From: Deltaproteobacteria bacterium
GTDB taxonomy: Bacteria > Myxococcota > UBA727 > JABDBI01
DNA: 64,000 nucleotides
Direction of reading: 5' to 3'
NCBI GenBank assembly: GCA_016432245.1
Contig: CP066680.1
Location: forward strand, 106,446 to 170,445
The notes under the pieces are model-generated. The model saw only the letters and a program-made list of their open reading frames with translations, did not search any database and was not told the origin of the DNA. Position numbers and translations under genes: made by a program. Below are positions 9,674-20,339 of this stretch, in pieces. Every line of letters begins with the position of its first letter. Positions within the stretch are counted from its first letter, which is position 1.

Positions 9674-10087
9674 ATGACAGGGATAGCAAAAATAATGATT
9701 ATAGGTAGATTGGGAAACGACCCTGAGCTTAAATATTCCCAAGCTCAGACAGCCATGTGTACATTAAGAGTTGCTGTATCAGAGAAAAAAAAAGAAGGGA
9801 ATTCTTTTGAGGCAAGTACAGAGTGGTTTAACGTTCTTTGCTTTGGGAAAACAGCTGAGAATGCTCACAGATATTTAAAAAAAGGACGACAAGTATATGC
9901 AGATGGGAAATTGCATGTAAGAAAGTGGACTGATAAGGAAGGCAACACAAGATTTTCACTAGATATAGTTGCAAATCAAGTTTTATTTCTAGGTGCGAAT
10001 AGAGATGATGGCCAAACAAATAATTATCAGGATGCTTTTGTGTCGGAAAAAGAAAATGAAGAGTACTTAGAAGACGCTCCGTTTTAA
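9674..10087 (+). CDS. ssb: single-stranded DNA-binding protein
   Basis: 137 aa. It has an OB-fold N-terminus (IIGRLGNDPELKY...) and an acidic C-terminal tail ending DAPF (cf. DIPF). Confidence 0.85.
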   Translation: MTGIAKIMIIGRLGNDPELKYSQAQTAMCTLRVAVSEKKKEGNSFEASTEWFNVLCFGKTAENAHRYLKKGRQVYADGKLHVRKWTDKEGNTRFSLDIVANQVLFLGANRDDGQTNNYQDAFVSEKENEEYLEDAPF

Positions 10088-10098
10088 TTTAATGAGGA

Positions 10099-11499
10099 TT
10101 GTTTATGAAAAATTTAAATATAAATATAAATAAACGCAGTATTGCTATGGTTTTTGGAGTTTTGGTTGGCTTTATCGTAGGTGGAGTGACTATATGTTTT
10201 AATTTGCTTTGTGTAGAGAATTTTGTGTCTCAAAATGCAAAGTCTAGACTTAAAGAGCAGCATATAATAATAGAGAATCCACCAAATGTTTCTAATGTTA
10301 TTACGCGCAAGGAAAATGTGAAGGCGATTGTTAACTTAAGTGCAGTAAGAAAATCTTTTGTAATTAATTATTTAAGAGGAGGAGGGCTAGATCTTAATAA
10401 AAATATAGATAAAAACATAAAGATAGAAAAAGGATTGATGCATGGCTTAAAGAAAAAAGAAGAAATGGATAAAATAGACATCGTAAATGATTATAAGTGC
10501 ATAGATACGCATGCTTTTAATGGCACCATTCCAGGAGGGCTTATTCGGGTACTAGAGGGGGATGATGTAGAAATTCGTTTTTCGAATACATATTCAAACA
10601 ATAATTCCTATAGTCTAATTGTTGATATGGAAAATGTGCCGCCAATGAAAGAGGTGCAGGGCAGACAGGAGATTTCTGCATTTGTTAAAGAAAATGAATC
10701 GACGTTGTTGAGATTTAAAGCTAAAAGGCCAGGGCTTTATATGTATCTAGGAGGAGGGTCTGCAGAGACGCTTATCACGCCTGGCAGGACAGGGCCAAAT
10801 ATGGCTACAGATATTAGTGGCGGCATGTATGGAATGATCTTTGTTCAGCCTAAGGACTATAAGCGAGCAGATAGGGAATTTTATCTTATGAGATCAGAAT
10901 TGTATATTGGGCAGGGATATTCTGCGCTTCAGACAAAAAGAAAAATAAGAACTTTAAAGGAGATTGAGCGATTATATTTATCGTATTGTGGTTTTAAAAA
11001 TAATGGAAAGGGAAGGATAGGTGAGGATTGGAAAAGGCGAAGCGAAGCAGTCTCTGATAGGTATGAAATCAATCAATACACTTACTATAAATTTAGTCAG
11101 TTCAGAGAGGTATTAGAAAAGCCAATGGATGTAGGTTTCAATGGAAAATTAAACCAATATGCAGACGCTTTTCCTTTAATGGTTGTAAGGGATGAGACAG
11201 TGCGATTTTTCATTGGCAATGTAGGGCCTAATAACCCAGCGCAATTTCTAGTAAATGGAGGGGACAAACCTTCTTTAGTGTCAATTTATGCAGAAAAAGG
11301 CGATAGGAAAAGAGTTGAGCATGGGATGTATCTAGCGCCAGGTAGTGCAGTTATAATAGATGTCAGCTTTGGGGAAATCGGAGATTATTTTATTCAAGAT
11401 AGGAAGGATTTACTAGGATTAAGCGGTGCAAGGATGAAGGTGCGTGTTTATAAGGACAGAGTGGATTTATTATATAACTTGTTAGGAGCGCTGAAGTAA
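10099..11499 (+). CDS. hypothetical membrane-anchored protein with a cupredoxin-like segment
   Basis: 466 aa. It has an N-terminal TM helix. The HAFNGTIPGGLIRVLEGDDVEIRFSN segment resembles multicopper-oxidase/cupredoxin folds, but no HxH or Cys/Met copper ligands are present. Its stop overlaps the next start as TAATG. Confidence 0.5.
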   Translation: MFMKNLNININKRSIAMVFGVLVGFIVGGVTICFNLLCVENFVSQNAKSRLKEQHIIIENPPNVSNVITRKENVKAIVNLSAVRKSFVINYLRGGGLDLNKNIDKNIKIEKGLMHGLKKKEEMDKIDIVNDYKCIDTHAFNGTIPGGLIRVLEGDDVEIRFSNTYSNNNSYSLIVDMENVPPMKEVQGRQEISAFVKENESTLLRFKAKRPGLYMYLGGGSAETLITPGRTGPNMATDISGGMYGMIFVQPKDYKRADREFYLMRSELYIGQGYSALQTKRKIRTLKEIERLYLSYCGFKNNGKGRIGEDWKRRSEAVSDRYEINQYTYYKFSQFREVLEKPMDVGFNGKLNQYADAFPLMVVRDETVRFFIGNVGPNNPAQFLVNGGDKPSLVSIYAEKGDRKRVEHGMYLAPGSAVIIDVSFGEIGDYFIQDRKDLLGLSGARMKVRVYKDRVDLLYNLLGALK

Positions 11500-12245
11500 T
11501 GCTACTGGTAATCGTTGTAATTGTATTTATCAGCATGCTTTATCTATTGTTGATTCAATTGATTGAGCATGCAGTAGCTAGTTTTATTTTTGCAATGATA
11601 GGTGGTGTTTATTTTTACAAAAAAGGCTATAATTATATATCAAAAAAAATTGAAATAGAAATGGAAGAGTCATTGGACAGGATACGACGTGGAAAATTGT
11701 TCTATGCAGTGGATGGGTTGTTGGAGGTGAAAAACATATATAAGAAATGGCGATTTTTTTTTTCTAAAACAATTGATGGTCAAATTGGTATGCTATATTA
11801 TATGACATTGAACTATAAAAAAGCAGCTCCTTTTTTAGAACGAGCAATGTCGACAGATTGGATGGCGAAAACTATGCTTGCAGTTATAGCATATAAAAAA
11901 AAAGACTATGAAAAGATGGATAAAGTATTTGAAAAAGCGCTTAGGTATAGTTTTAATTCGAGCTTTGTATGGAGTGTTTGGGCATATTGTTATTGGAGGA
12001 TGGGAAAGATTGATCATGCTATCCAAATTCTATCAAGAGCGAGAGGCTCATTCGGGACTTTTAAAGGTTATTTTGGAGGTACTGAAGAAAAAATTGTTTA
12101 TAATTTAACAAACATTAGAAATGGAAAAAAGATGAAGATGAATGTGTTTGGACAAGATTGGAATATGCTTCATTTAGAGCAAGGTAAGTATGTTGACTTT
12201 GGGCCAGGTCAAGTTACTAGGTTTGGGAGAAAGGGTTTTCACTAG
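11499..12245 (+). CDS. hypothetical membrane protein with TPR-like helical repeats
   Basis: 248 aa. It has two N-terminal hydrophobic helices followed by an amphipathic helical-repeat region. It is tightly coupled to the flanking genes. Confidence 0.45.
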   Translation: MLLVIVVIVFISMLYLLLIQLIEHAVASFIFAMIGGVYFYKKGYNYISKKIEIEMEESLDRIRRGKLFYAVDGLLEVKNIYKKWRFFFSKTIDGQIGMLYYMTLNYKKAAPFLERAMSTDWMAKTMLAVIAYKKKDYEKMDKVFEKALRYSFNSSFVWSVWAYCYWRMGKIDHAIQILSRARGSFGTFKGYFGGTEEKIVYNLTNIRNGKKMKMNVFGQDWNMLHLEQGKYVDFGPGQVTRFGRKGFH

Positions 12246-12248
12246 GAA

Positions 12249-13682
12249 ATGTATTTGTTTTCCTATTTAATTTTGATGTTTTGCAGTTATTGCACTACAG
12301 CAGGGTATTTAATATTGTTTGCCAGCATGCCACTTTGGTTAATTTTAGTAAAAATGCCCTGCGTGCACGGAGCGCAGATTGTTTTTGTTTTTAAATTTCT
12401 AGAGGTGTTTATCCTTACTCAGTGGCTTGGTGTAGGGATGAGTCTTTATGGAGAATTCTCGCTTATATTAGCGGTGATTATTTCCTTTTTATATTCATTA
12501 ATTGTTGCTTGTTATTTCTCATTTGGATATTTCTTTGGTAAAATTTTTTGCGATATTTTTCAATGGGATTTTCGTTTTATAATACCGGTGTTTATGAGTT
12601 TTTGCGAGTTTGTAAAAACATATGGTTATTTGTTATTTCCCATTCCTTGGGGGGATAGTGTGTATGTATTGAGCGGTGTTCCAGTTATGTTGCAACTGGT
12701 TTCAATATTTGGAGCTTTTGGGGTAGGTTTTTTTATATTTTTTATTGGTGCTAGTTTTGCATTTAAGCGCTATTGGCAATCATTGTTTTTTTTTTCTTTA
12801 TGGATTTTTTTTGGGGGAGTTAGTTTACAGAGTATTCATTGTTCATTGAAAGAATTAAATGTTGGTGTTTATCAGGCAAATATAGGGTGTAGTTCGTTGT
12901 CTAAGTTAAAGCAAGAGGAGGCATTTTTGAGGTATTATGGGCTGTATCAGGTGGCAAACAACTGCATAGCACAAGATTTTTATATATGGCCAGAGAATCC
13001 TTCTTTTTCAGCACATGATCAGCGAATGGTGGAGAGTTTTATGCAAAAAAATGTGCAAATGAATATAGTAACTATGCCTGTGATATGTGAGGACTATGGC
13101 TTTGTGAAGGTATTTAATTCGGCGCTTGTGTTTGTCGCAGGAAAAATTAAAATGCAAGTAAATAAAGAAAAGTTAATTCCATTTGGAGAGTATTCGCCAC
13201 GGTTTTTGGAGTTTATTCGCTTGGCAGATGAACCTTTTTGTTTTGGTAGTGGCGCGAAGATATATAGGGAAAAGGATTTGAATTTTGGAATTACTATATG
13301 TTTCGAGGGTCTTTTTCCAGAGCTTGGTGTTAGCTTGCGAAGAGCAGGGGCTGAGTTTTTAATAAATTCCACAAATGATGGTTGGTTTGGAGAAACACTT
13401 GGCCCTCATTTGCATTTTTCAGCATATCAAATAAGAGCTGTTGAGACGGCTGCATCTTATATAAGGGCTGCTAATTCTGGAATTTCTGCCTGGATAGATC
13501 CTCATGGATATGTGCATAGCGCCAGTAATCTGTATGAATCTTCATTTCTTCGTTTAAATGTTGTATCTTGTTTTATGGAGACAATGTATTCAATTATGGG
13601 GGATTTTATCTCTAGAATTTGTGTTTGTATATATATGGTTTCTGGCTTAATAGTGTTAAAAAGAGTAAAAGGAATAGTGTAG
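12249..13682 (+). CDS. lnt: apolipoprotein N-acyltransferase
   Basis: 477 aa. It has a polytopic N-terminus plus a C-terminal CN-hydrolase domain (…ICFEGLFPEL…NSTNDGWFG…). Confidence 0.75.
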   Translation: MYLFSYLILMFCSYCTTAGYLILFASMPLWLILVKMPCVHGAQIVFVFKFLEVFILTQWLGVGMSLYGEFSLILAVIISFLYSLIVACYFSFGYFFGKIFCDIFQWDFRFIIPVFMSFCEFVKTYGYLLFPIPWGDSVYVLSGVPVMLQLVSIFGAFGVGFFIFFIGASFAFKRYWQSLFFFSLWIFFGGVSLQSIHCSLKELNVGVYQANIGCSSLSKLKQEEAFLRYYGLYQVANNCIAQDFYIWPENPSFSAHDQRMVESFMQKNVQMNIVTMPVICEDYGFVKVFNSALVFVAGKIKMQVNKEKLIPFGEYSPRFLEFIRLADEPFCFGSGAKIYREKDLNFGITICFEGLFPELGVSLRRAGAEFLINSTNDGWFGETLGPHLHFSAYQIRAVETAASYIRAANSGISAWIDPHGYVHSASNLYESSFLRLNVVSCFMETMYSIMGDFISRICVCIYMVSGLIVLKRVKGIV

Positions 13683-13687
13683 AGAAA

Positions 13688-14791
13688 ATGTTAAAAGTGT
13701 GCGAATTGAAAAAAAAGATAAATACTTTATATCGGCTGCTTAGAATCTTGGAAAAAGAAAAAAGATTGGCGGAGATTAATAAGTTAATTGAACAGAAAGA
13801 TGAGTTAAAAAAAACAGAGAAAGACATAGACTGCGTGGCGCTATATAAGGAAAAGGAAGTAATTCAAAAGCATATTAGAGAGTATTTTAGCTTGGAGCAA
13901 AGAGTTCAAGACTTAATTCAATTAGAAAGTGAAATTAAAGATGATTATTCATTTTGTTTGGAGGTGGAAGAAGAAGCTGCTAAGCTCGAGGCTGATATAA
14001 AGGCAGTTGAATTGACAGAGCTATTTGTTCATTGCTATGATTCTTATAATGCAGTTTTAGTTTTAAATGCAGGGCAAGGAGGAATAGATGCGCAGGATTT
14101 TACAGAGATATTATTTCGTATGTATACGAAATATGCAGAGAAAAAAGGATATCGTGTTGATATTATAAATCAAATAAGAGGAGATGAGGCTGGGTTAAAA
14201 AGTATAAGTATGATTGTATCTGGCAAGTATGCGTATGGATTTTTAAAGGCAGAAGTAGGTGTCCATCGATTAGTTCGTATTTCTCCATTTGATTCTGGTG
14301 CCAGAAGGCACACGTCTTTCGTTTCAGTATGGCTTGCGCCAGAGGTGGAAGAAGAACAAGATATTCGTATAGATCTTGAAGATATTAAGATTGATACTTT
14401 TAAGTCTGGCGGTGCTGGTGGTCAGCATGTAAATAAAACTGAAAGTGCGGTTAGAATTTATCACATACCAACAGGGTTGTCAGTTGCTTGTCAAGTAGAT
14501 CGCAGTCAATTGCGAAATAGAGTAATGGCTATGAAATTATTAAAAGCAAAATTGTGGGATTTGAAAAATAAAGAAAGGGAAGTTGAAAAGAGATTGTTAG
14601 AAGGACAGAAAAAAGATGCTTCTTTTGGGTCTCAAATTCGAAATTATGTATTGACTCCTTATAGGGTAGTAAAAGATTTAAGAACTCAGTATGAGACGGG
14701 AAATGTTGATGCGGTTTTTGGGGGAGAGATACAGGCCTTTATAGATTTGTATTTAATTCAAGATAGGTTAAGCGAAATTAGTAAGTTGTAA
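13688..14791 (+). CDS. prfB: peptide chain release factor 2 (no programmed frameshift)
   Basis: Start reassigned to the ATG at 13688 (MLKVCELKKK...). It carries the RF2-specific SPF tripeptide (ISPFDSGARRHTSF) and the GGQ motif (SGGAGGQHVNKTESAVRI). The reading frame is continuous. Confidence 0.85.
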   Translation: MLKVCELKKKINTLYRLLRILEKEKRLAEINKLIEQKDELKKTEKDIDCVALYKEKEVIQKHIREYFSLEQRVQDLIQLESEIKDDYSFCLEVEEEAAKLEADIKAVELTELFVHCYDSYNAVLVLNAGQGGIDAQDFTEILFRMYTKYAEKKGYRVDIINQIRGDEAGLKSISMIVSGKYAYGFLKAEVGVHRLVRISPFDSGARRHTSFVSVWLAPEVEEEQDIRIDLEDIKIDTFKSGGAGGQHVNKTESAVRIYHIPTGLSVACQVDRSQLRNRVMAMKLLKAKLWDLKNKEREVEKRLLEGQKKDASFGSQIRNYVLTPYRVVKDLRTQYETGNVDAVFGGEIQAFIDLYLIQDRLSEISKL

Positions 14792-14883
14792 AAGAGTAGA
14801 TAATGATAAAATTGGAGCCAAAAATGACTTGACATAAGAAGATAGTATAGCATACTTAAATAAACAGGAAGTTATTACAAGTT

Positions 14884-15207
14884 ATGAAGCATATGGTTAT
14901 AGAAGTATCTGGAAAGCAGTATTACATAGGGCATGGAGACAAAATTCAAATTGATCTTTGTCAAAAGGTTGCAGTTGGGGATTTGCTTGTTTTTGAAAAA
15001 CAGATAATAAAGACAGAAGAGGATGGAGAAAAAACAAAAGTAGCAGATACGTTGAATAGATTGGTTCAAGGAGTTGTAATGGGAGTGCGAAAACGTGCTA
15101 AGGTTATAATTTTTAAGAAAAAGAGACGGCATGGTTATATGAAAAAGCAAGGACATAGACAGTCAGTAGTTGAAGTGTTAATTGAGGAGGTTAATTATGG
15201 CGCATAA
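14884..15207 (+). CDS. rplU: 50S ribosomal protein L21
   Basis: 107 aa; [24 protein letters not shown] is the L21 signature. Confidence 0.9.
   Translation: MKHMVIEVSGKQYYIGHGDKIQIDLCQKVAVGDLLVFEKQIIKTEEDGEKTKVADTLNRLVQGVVMGVRKRAKVIIFKKKRRHGYMKKQGHRQSVVEVLIEEVNYGA
15185..15191 (+). promoter_or_regulatory. Shine-Dalgarno GAGGAGG for rpmA
   Basis: GAGGAGG lies 5 nt upstream of the rpmA ATG at 15197, inside the rplU 3' end. Confidence 0.6.
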
Positions 15208-15454
15208 AAAAGGGCAGGGTTCAACAAGAAATGGAAGGGATTCGAAGCCTAAGTATCTAGGTGTAAAGAGGGCAGATGGAGAGTTTGTAAGAGCAGGGAG
15301 TATTTTAGTTAGGCAAAGGGGTACTAAAATTAAGCCAGGCATTCACGTAGGGTGCGGAAAAGATCATACTCTGTTTGCAGAGATTAGTGGAGTTGTAAAG
15401 TATCAACGTGGTGCTTTAAATCGGGTTTTTGTGGACATTTTCAATTCTTGCTAG
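15197..15454 (+). CDS. rpmA: 50S ribosomal protein L27
   Basis: Start reassigned to the ATG at 15197; [24 protein letters not shown] is the L27 signature. Confidence 0.9.
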   Translation: MAHKKGQGSTRNGRDSKPKYLGVKRADGEFVRAGSILVRQRGTKIKPGIHVGCGKDHTLFAEISGVVKYQRGALNRVFVDIFNSC

Positions 15455-16493
15455 AAAAGGAAATACTTTGAAGAGATGGATAGGGGAGGAATATTATTGT
15501 TGGTATGGGAAAAGGGTTGCTTATATAGTGACTCTAAACGATATTAGACCTTCCAAAAGAGTATTTGAAGAATTTGGAATAAAATTAATTATCAGAACGA
15601 TTGAGTATTTGCTTAGTAAAGGGGCGTCTCTTATTCTGGTGCTGGAAAAATCTTGTATTATCAGTAAAGTGCAAAAAAGGGAACAGGATATTTTTTTTCA
15701 GCGTTTTTTTTATTGTCTTGGCAGAGTATTCGGTTATCGGCAATCAGGAAAATGGCTTATTGAAGAGGTTATATCAATTAATCGATTGATGCCTGGGCGT
15801 CTTCTTGTTATAAATACTTTTAGAAATGATTTAAAATTTATATTTTCCAAGACCCAAATTGATGTATTTGTATTTGAAGACTGGGCTACCTACAAATTAA
15901 TAAGGTCTAGTAGCAACTTTCAAAAGTATTTTTTTGGATTTTTACATTATAGCAAATCAAAATTTTTTCTTTTAAACTTTAGAAAGGAGAAAACTATATC
16001 TTTAATAGGAGCAGGATGCGATTTAAAGAAAAAGCAAATCTTAAAAAATCTTTTAGAGAGTAAAGTGTTATTAACTAGTGCAAATTGGTTAACTTGTATA
16101 AAGCGTGTGGACCAGGAGAATGAATATAGGCAGAGAATATTGATATCCATAGGTGATTATGAATTTATATATTCTGTTTGGCAAAAAATTTTGGAATTTC
16201 CAGTTTTAGTTTTTTCTCCTTGTGATTTTGTAAAAGTGCAAGAAATAATGACGAATGCTTTAATTTCCATTGTAGGAAAAGCTCCAAGTAATCTCAGTGC
16301 AGTAGTTGAAATAGGGCCAAGAACTATAATCTCATATAGGGAGATTGTGAGAGAATTTCAGTATATTTTATGGCATGATAGGCTTTATAAATTTAAAGAA
16401 AATTTCATTTCTTTGCATTGTGATGTTTTTTCGATTATATTTAAAAATAAAAGTGTATATCCAGTATATAGCTTTAATGAAAAAGTTAAGTGA
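15429..16493 (+). CDS. hypothetical protein (354 aa), unknown function
   Basis: Long uninterrupted ORF in AT-rich DNA with no recognisable motif. The real start may be internal, since the first 26 nt overlap rpmA. Confidence 0.4.
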   Translation: MWTFSILARKGNTLKRWIGEEYYCWYGKRVAYIVTLNDIRPSKRVFEEFGIKLIIRTIEYLLSKGASLILVLEKSCIISKVQKREQDIFFQRFFYCLGRVFGYRQSGKWLIEEVISINRLMPGRLLVINTFRNDLKFIFSKTQIDVFVFEDWATYKLIRSSSNFQKYFFGFLHYSKSKFFLLNFRKEKTISLIGAGCDLKKKQILKNLLESKVLLTSANWLTCIKRVDQENEYRQRILISIGDYEFIYSVWQKILEFPVLVFSPCDFVKVQEIMTNALISIVGKAPSNLSAVVEIGPRTIISYREIVREFQYILWHDRLYKFKENFISLHCDVFSIIFKNKSVYPVYSFNEKVK

Positions 16494-16522
16494 AGGAGTG
16501 CAGTGAGAATCCAGAATATGAT

Positions 16523-16553
16523 TGACAAAAATATATTTTTTCATTACTACTAT
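16523..16553 (+). promoter_or_regulatory. candidate sigma70-type promoter (TTGACA-19-TACTAT) upstream of actA
   Basis: A perfect -35 hexamer TTGACA sits at 16523-16528, with TACTAT at 16548-16553. The 19-nt spacer is suboptimal. Confidence 0.25.
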
Positions 16554-16578
16554 GATATAAATACGAGGACATGAAATT

Positions 16579-17298
16579 ATGCAATTGTTTTCAAAGATAA
16601 CTAATGAAATTCCTAGAATAGCATTATTATGTCTTTTTATAGTATATCTTTGGTTGATCTTTCTCTTTTGGTTTTGGGGTTCACCATGGAACCTTGGTGT
16701 TGGATACAGGCCGATACAGCCGCAGGTATTTAGTCATAGTTTACATGCAGGAGAATTATCGATAAATTGTTATTATTGCCATAGCTATGCTTGTAAAGCT
16801 GAGATGGCAGGGTTGCCATCATTTTCCGTGTGTAAAGAATGTCATGATCTTTTAGTCCATAGTAATCATAACATTTGGAAGTCTTCTATAATGCAAGATT
16901 CAGATTTGAATAATATTTTTAATCTTTCAAAGAAAGGTTATGATTATAAAAATAGGTATTTTGAGATTTTAGGGCGTGGCTTTACAAAAATACAACTAAA
17001 AGAAAGCATTTTAAATGGATGGGGTTTCTTTTTGGATCACGGGCATTGGGTAAAAGTACACAAATTACCAGAATATGTTTATTTTAATCACAGTGCTCAT
17101 ATTAGAACAGGGATAGGATGTACAAATTGCCACGGGGAAATAAAAGAGATGGAAGAAGCGCAAACTGTACAACCACTTAGCATGAGATGGTGTATAGATT
17201 GTCATAGAAAACCAGTAATTTATCAAGAAGGTAGAAAATTTTTTATTAATGAAAGCGCAAATCCACCTATAACAGATTGTTATGGTTGTCATCGATGA
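16579..17298 (+). CDS. actA: Alternative Complex III subunit ActA (pentaheme cytochrome c)
   Basis: 239 aa. It has an N-terminal TM helix and five CxxCH motifs (CYYCH, CKECH, CTNCH, CIDCH, CYGCH). Confidence 0.8.
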   Translation: MQLFSKITNEIPRIALLCLFIVYLWLIFLFWFWGSPWNLGVGYRPIQPQVFSHSLHAGELSINCYYCHSYACKAEMAGLPSFSVCKECHDLLVHSNHNIWKSSIMQDSDLNNIFNLSKKGYDYKNRYFEILGRGFTKIQLKESILNGWGFFLDHGHWVKVHKLPEYVYFNHSAHIRTGIGCTNCHGEIKEMEEAQTVQPLSMRWCIDCHRKPVIYQEGRKFFINESANPPITDCYGCHR

Positions 17299-17315
17299 TG
17301 AAAAGGAATTAAAAA

Positions 17316-20300
17316 ATGACAGATAAAAACAGTAGTTTTGGGAATATTAGAAGGCGTACAATGTTGAAATTAATGGGATTAACATTTGCTCTTGTTAGTT
17401 TTAATATGGGGTGTCGACGCCGACAACCCATTAGAATGTTTCCTCGTAAAGAAATTGAAGGGACAGTAGAGGGGTGGACTCCAGGAGAATCCCTTTTTTT
17501 TAAGACAGCATATCCAGGAGAATGGGGGGCAATAGGGCTATCTGTGGAAACGCATGAGGGGAGACCGACAAAAATAGAGGGAAACAAAGTGCATTTTTCA
17601 AGCATGGGAACTGTGGGAATTCATGAACAGGCATCTTTACTTGAATTGTATGATGAAAAGAGATCAAAGGTCCCGATTAAAAAGATAAAAGGTGTTAGCG
17701 AGAGAGCAAAAACAACATGGACAGAGTGGATGCGGTTTCAAGAGGAGCATTTTTCTTGCTTAAAAGACGTGAAGGGAGAAGGACTTTGTTTTTTATTTGG
17801 ACCAGAAGATTCGATAACAAAAGGTAGGTTAATTAAACTTTTAGCAAGAGAATACCCGAAAGCATTGTTTTTTAAGCATGACCCATTATATCTTTTTAAT
17901 GAAGAGCAGGGGTTAAACCTTGTATATGGCAAAGAAAAATTAAGACTTATTTACGATTTAAGAAAAGCAAAAATAATTTTAAGCATACAAGCGGATCCAT
18001 TTATGCAGGCTCCACTGTCCTTAAAAAACGCTTATGATTATTCATTATTACGAAAGGCGCAGCTAAAAGAAGGAAGGCATCTTAGTCGGTTGTATTGTGT
18101 TGAGGCAAAGTATTCTGTAACGGCTTCAATAGCAGATCATCGAATATCTTTGTCAATAGCAGATAGCATAAGTTTTTTAAAGATACTTTCCTGGGAAATA
18201 TTTCCTGAATTAAAAAATGAGAGAGATCAACTAACAGAATTAGACGCATATAGGGATTTTATAAGTGGACTATCTCGGGATCTGAAGGAAAACATGAAAG
18301 AATCTCTTATTATTATAGGAGAATTAATGCCGCCAGAGGCACATGCAATGGTAGCGGTGTTAAATGAAAAACTAGGTGGGAGAGGACATACATATAGAAT
18401 ACTCGATGCAGGTGAGGCTTCTTTAGCAGAAAAGGTTAATGCGGAAGAAGTGATTGTGGACAAAAATTGTAAAAAGCTAGAAGAATCTATAAAAAAAGGA
18501 AGGGTAAAAACCTTAGTTGTTGTCAATTCTAATCCAATTTATTTAACCTCTAAAAAGACTAACTTGCAAGGTTTGTTTCAGCAGGTTAATACGATTATCT
18601 GTGCTGGAATTTACGAAGATGAGACTGCAGCCTTGTCAGATTGGCATTTGCCACTTTCTCATTATCTTGAAGATTGGGGAGATACGAGAGATTATAGTGG
18701 CCTAGTATTAATTAGACAGCCAGTTTTACAAGAGTCACTGTATGATACGCGATCAGAATATGAATTTTTATATAAAATATTAGAAGCAGGAAATAATAAA
18801 GCATTTTTCCCACATGGTTCGGAAAAAGCACTAGATTTAGTGTTAGAAACGTATTTGCAGGAGAATACAAGTGATTCATTTGATATCGCATTGATTAGGG
18901 GGTTTTGGGGCAGAGAATTTCCAGTGTATTTGGAAAAAATGAAAAATAGCAATTTTTTTCTCAAAAGTTTAGATAATAAAAAGTCGGTAGAAGTTATTTT
19001 AGAATGGGATTATAAAGTTTTAGATGGTCGTTTTTCTAATATAAATTGGCTTCAAGAGTTAGAAGATCCGATAACTAAAGTTACATGGGGGAATGTTGCT
19101 TTAATTAGTAAAAGCTTGGCTGTGGAGTACGGGATTGAAAATATAAGAAGCCTCGTCTCTACGCGGGTAGATGTTGTATCTATTGTATCAGAGGGAAATA
19201 ATATTGAGATACCTGCACTCATAATGCCTGGTGTAGCACAGAATAGTATTATAGTTCCTATCGGCTATGGAAGAGGAGCAGCAGACTCTAGCTTGGTCAT
19301 AGGAGAGAATGCGTATAAGATTATGTCAAGTACAGGTGGCCGTGTTCTTTATGATATTCAATTATTAAAAACGGGAAGGGTAGAAGAATTAGCTATTACA
19401 GACAAGTATTTTGCAGAAAATGCAGATAAGATTAAGGAAGATGATGTTTTGATCTTAAAAAATTATAAGCCAGTTTTATGGGAAGATTTTGATAATGTAA
19501 AGAATAAAGAGCATACAAGCAAGCATAGTAAGTCTTTATATAACAAATGGCCTTATGAAGGAGGCAATAAATGGGGTATGGTCATAGATTTAAATTCATG
19601 TATAGGGTGTCAGTCTTGTGTCATTTCTTGTAGAGCTGAAAACAATATTCCAATTGTTGGAAAAGATCAGATTAAAGCTAGAAGAGATATGAGTTGGTTA
19701 AGAGTTGATCGTTACTTTGTAGGAGATGTAAAGAATCCTTTAAGTTTTTCGCAACCAGTTCCATGCATGCATTGCGAGCAGGCTCCTTGTGAACCAAGTT
19801 GTCCAACTTCAGCAGTTGTTCATACGCCAGAAGGGTTAAACACTATGATCTATAATAGGTGTAGTGGCACGAGATTCTGTGCGGCAAGTTGTCCATATAA
19901 AGTTAGAAAGTTTAATTATTTTGATTATTCACAAAGTGCAGATGTTTTTCCCGATATTGGAGAGGAAAAAGTACAGTCATTGAGTAAAATGCAGAGGAAT
20001 CCAGAAGTGAGCGTTAGATATAGAGGAGTTATGGAGAAATGTACATATTGTGTTCAGAGAATTGTTAAAGGAAAGAATCGAGCGACACAAATGGGGTTTG
20101 ATTCGAATTTTATGCAAGATGAGACGCTTAAAATTGAACCGGCATGTGCTCAGGTATGTCCGACAAGGGCGATTTCATTTGGAAACCTAAATGACTTGAA
20201 ATCTGAAGTGGCATTAGATAAGGGTGATCAGCGCAATTATGAGCCATTAATTGGAAAAAATTTAAGCCCTAGAACTACTTATTTATATCGCGTGTTGAAT

Positions 20301-20339
20301 AGAAGTCATTTAGTGAAGGAGATTAAAAACGATGGTTGA
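17316..20339 (+). CDS. actB: Alternative Complex III subunit ActB (fused molybdopterin-oxidoreductase-like and 4Fe-4S ferredoxin domains)
   Basis: 1007 aa. It has a twin-arginine signal ([12 protein letters not shown]). The C-terminal region contains four Cys clusters ([46 protein letters not shown]). Confidence 0.8.
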   Translation: MTDKNSSFGNIRRRTMLKLMGLTFALVSFNMGCRRRQPIRMFPRKEIEGTVEGWTPGESLFFKTAYPGEWGAIGLSVETHEGRPTKIEGNKVHFSSMGTVGIHEQASLLELYDEKRSKVPIKKIKGVSERAKTTWTEWMRFQEEHFSCLKDVKGEGLCFLFGPEDSITKGRLIKLLAREYPKALFFKHDPLYLFNEEQGLNLVYGKEKLRLIYDLRKAKIILSIQADPFMQAPLSLKNAYDYSLLRKAQLKEGRHLSRLYCVEAKYSVTASIADHRISLSIADSISFLKILSWEIFPELKNERDQLTELDAYRDFISGLSRDLKENMKESLIIIGELMPPEAHAMVAVLNEKLGGRGHTYRILDAGEASLAEKVNAEEVIVDKNCKKLEESIKKGRVKTLVVVNSNPIYLTSKKTNLQGLFQQVNTIICAGIYEDETAALSDWHLPLSHYLEDWGDTRDYSGLVLIRQPVLQESLYDTRSEYEFLYKILEAGNNKAFFPHGSEKALDLVLETYLQENTSDSFDIALIRGFWGREFPVYLEKMKNSNFFLKSLDNKKSVEVILEWDYKVLDGRFSNINWLQELEDPITKVTWGNVALISKSLAVEYGIENIRSLVSTRVDVVSIVSEGNNIEIPALIMPGVAQNSIIVPIGYGRGAADSSLVIGENAYKIMSSTGGRVLYDIQLLKTGRVEELAITDKYFAENADKIKEDDVLILKNYKPVLWEDFDNVKNKEHTSKHSKSLYNKWPYEGGNKWGMVIDLNSCIGCQSCVISCRAENNIPIVGKDQIKARRDMSWLRVDRYFVGDVKNPLSFSQPVPCMHCEQAPCEPSCPTSAVVHTPEGLNTMIYNRCSGTRFCAASCPYKVRKFNYFDYSQSADVFPDIGEEKVQSLSKMQRNPEVSVRYRGVMEKCTYCVQRIVKGKNRATQMGFDSNFMQDETLKIEPACAQVCPTRAISFGNLNDLKSEVALDKGDQRNYEPLIGKNLSPRTTYLYRVLNRSHLVKEIKNDG

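Noticed and set aside
9366-9689. ORFs 9421..9624(+) and 9366..9689(-)
   Set aside because: They overlap the tRNA-Gln gene and its GC-rich leader. The sequence translates into W/P/G-rich nonsense characteristic of tRNA read-through.
10099-11499. Calling the 466-aa protein a multicopper oxidase or nitrite reductase
   Set aside because: It has a cupredoxin-like beta segment, but none of the HxH/HCH copper-ligand motifs are present, so only a fold-level resemblance is claimed.
13619-13687. Upstream extension of prfB to 13619 and a possible programmed frameshift
   Set aside because: The extension overlaps the lnt 3' end and has no RF2 similarity. No in-frame UGA/CUUUGAC frameshift window was found, and the gene reads continuously from 13688.
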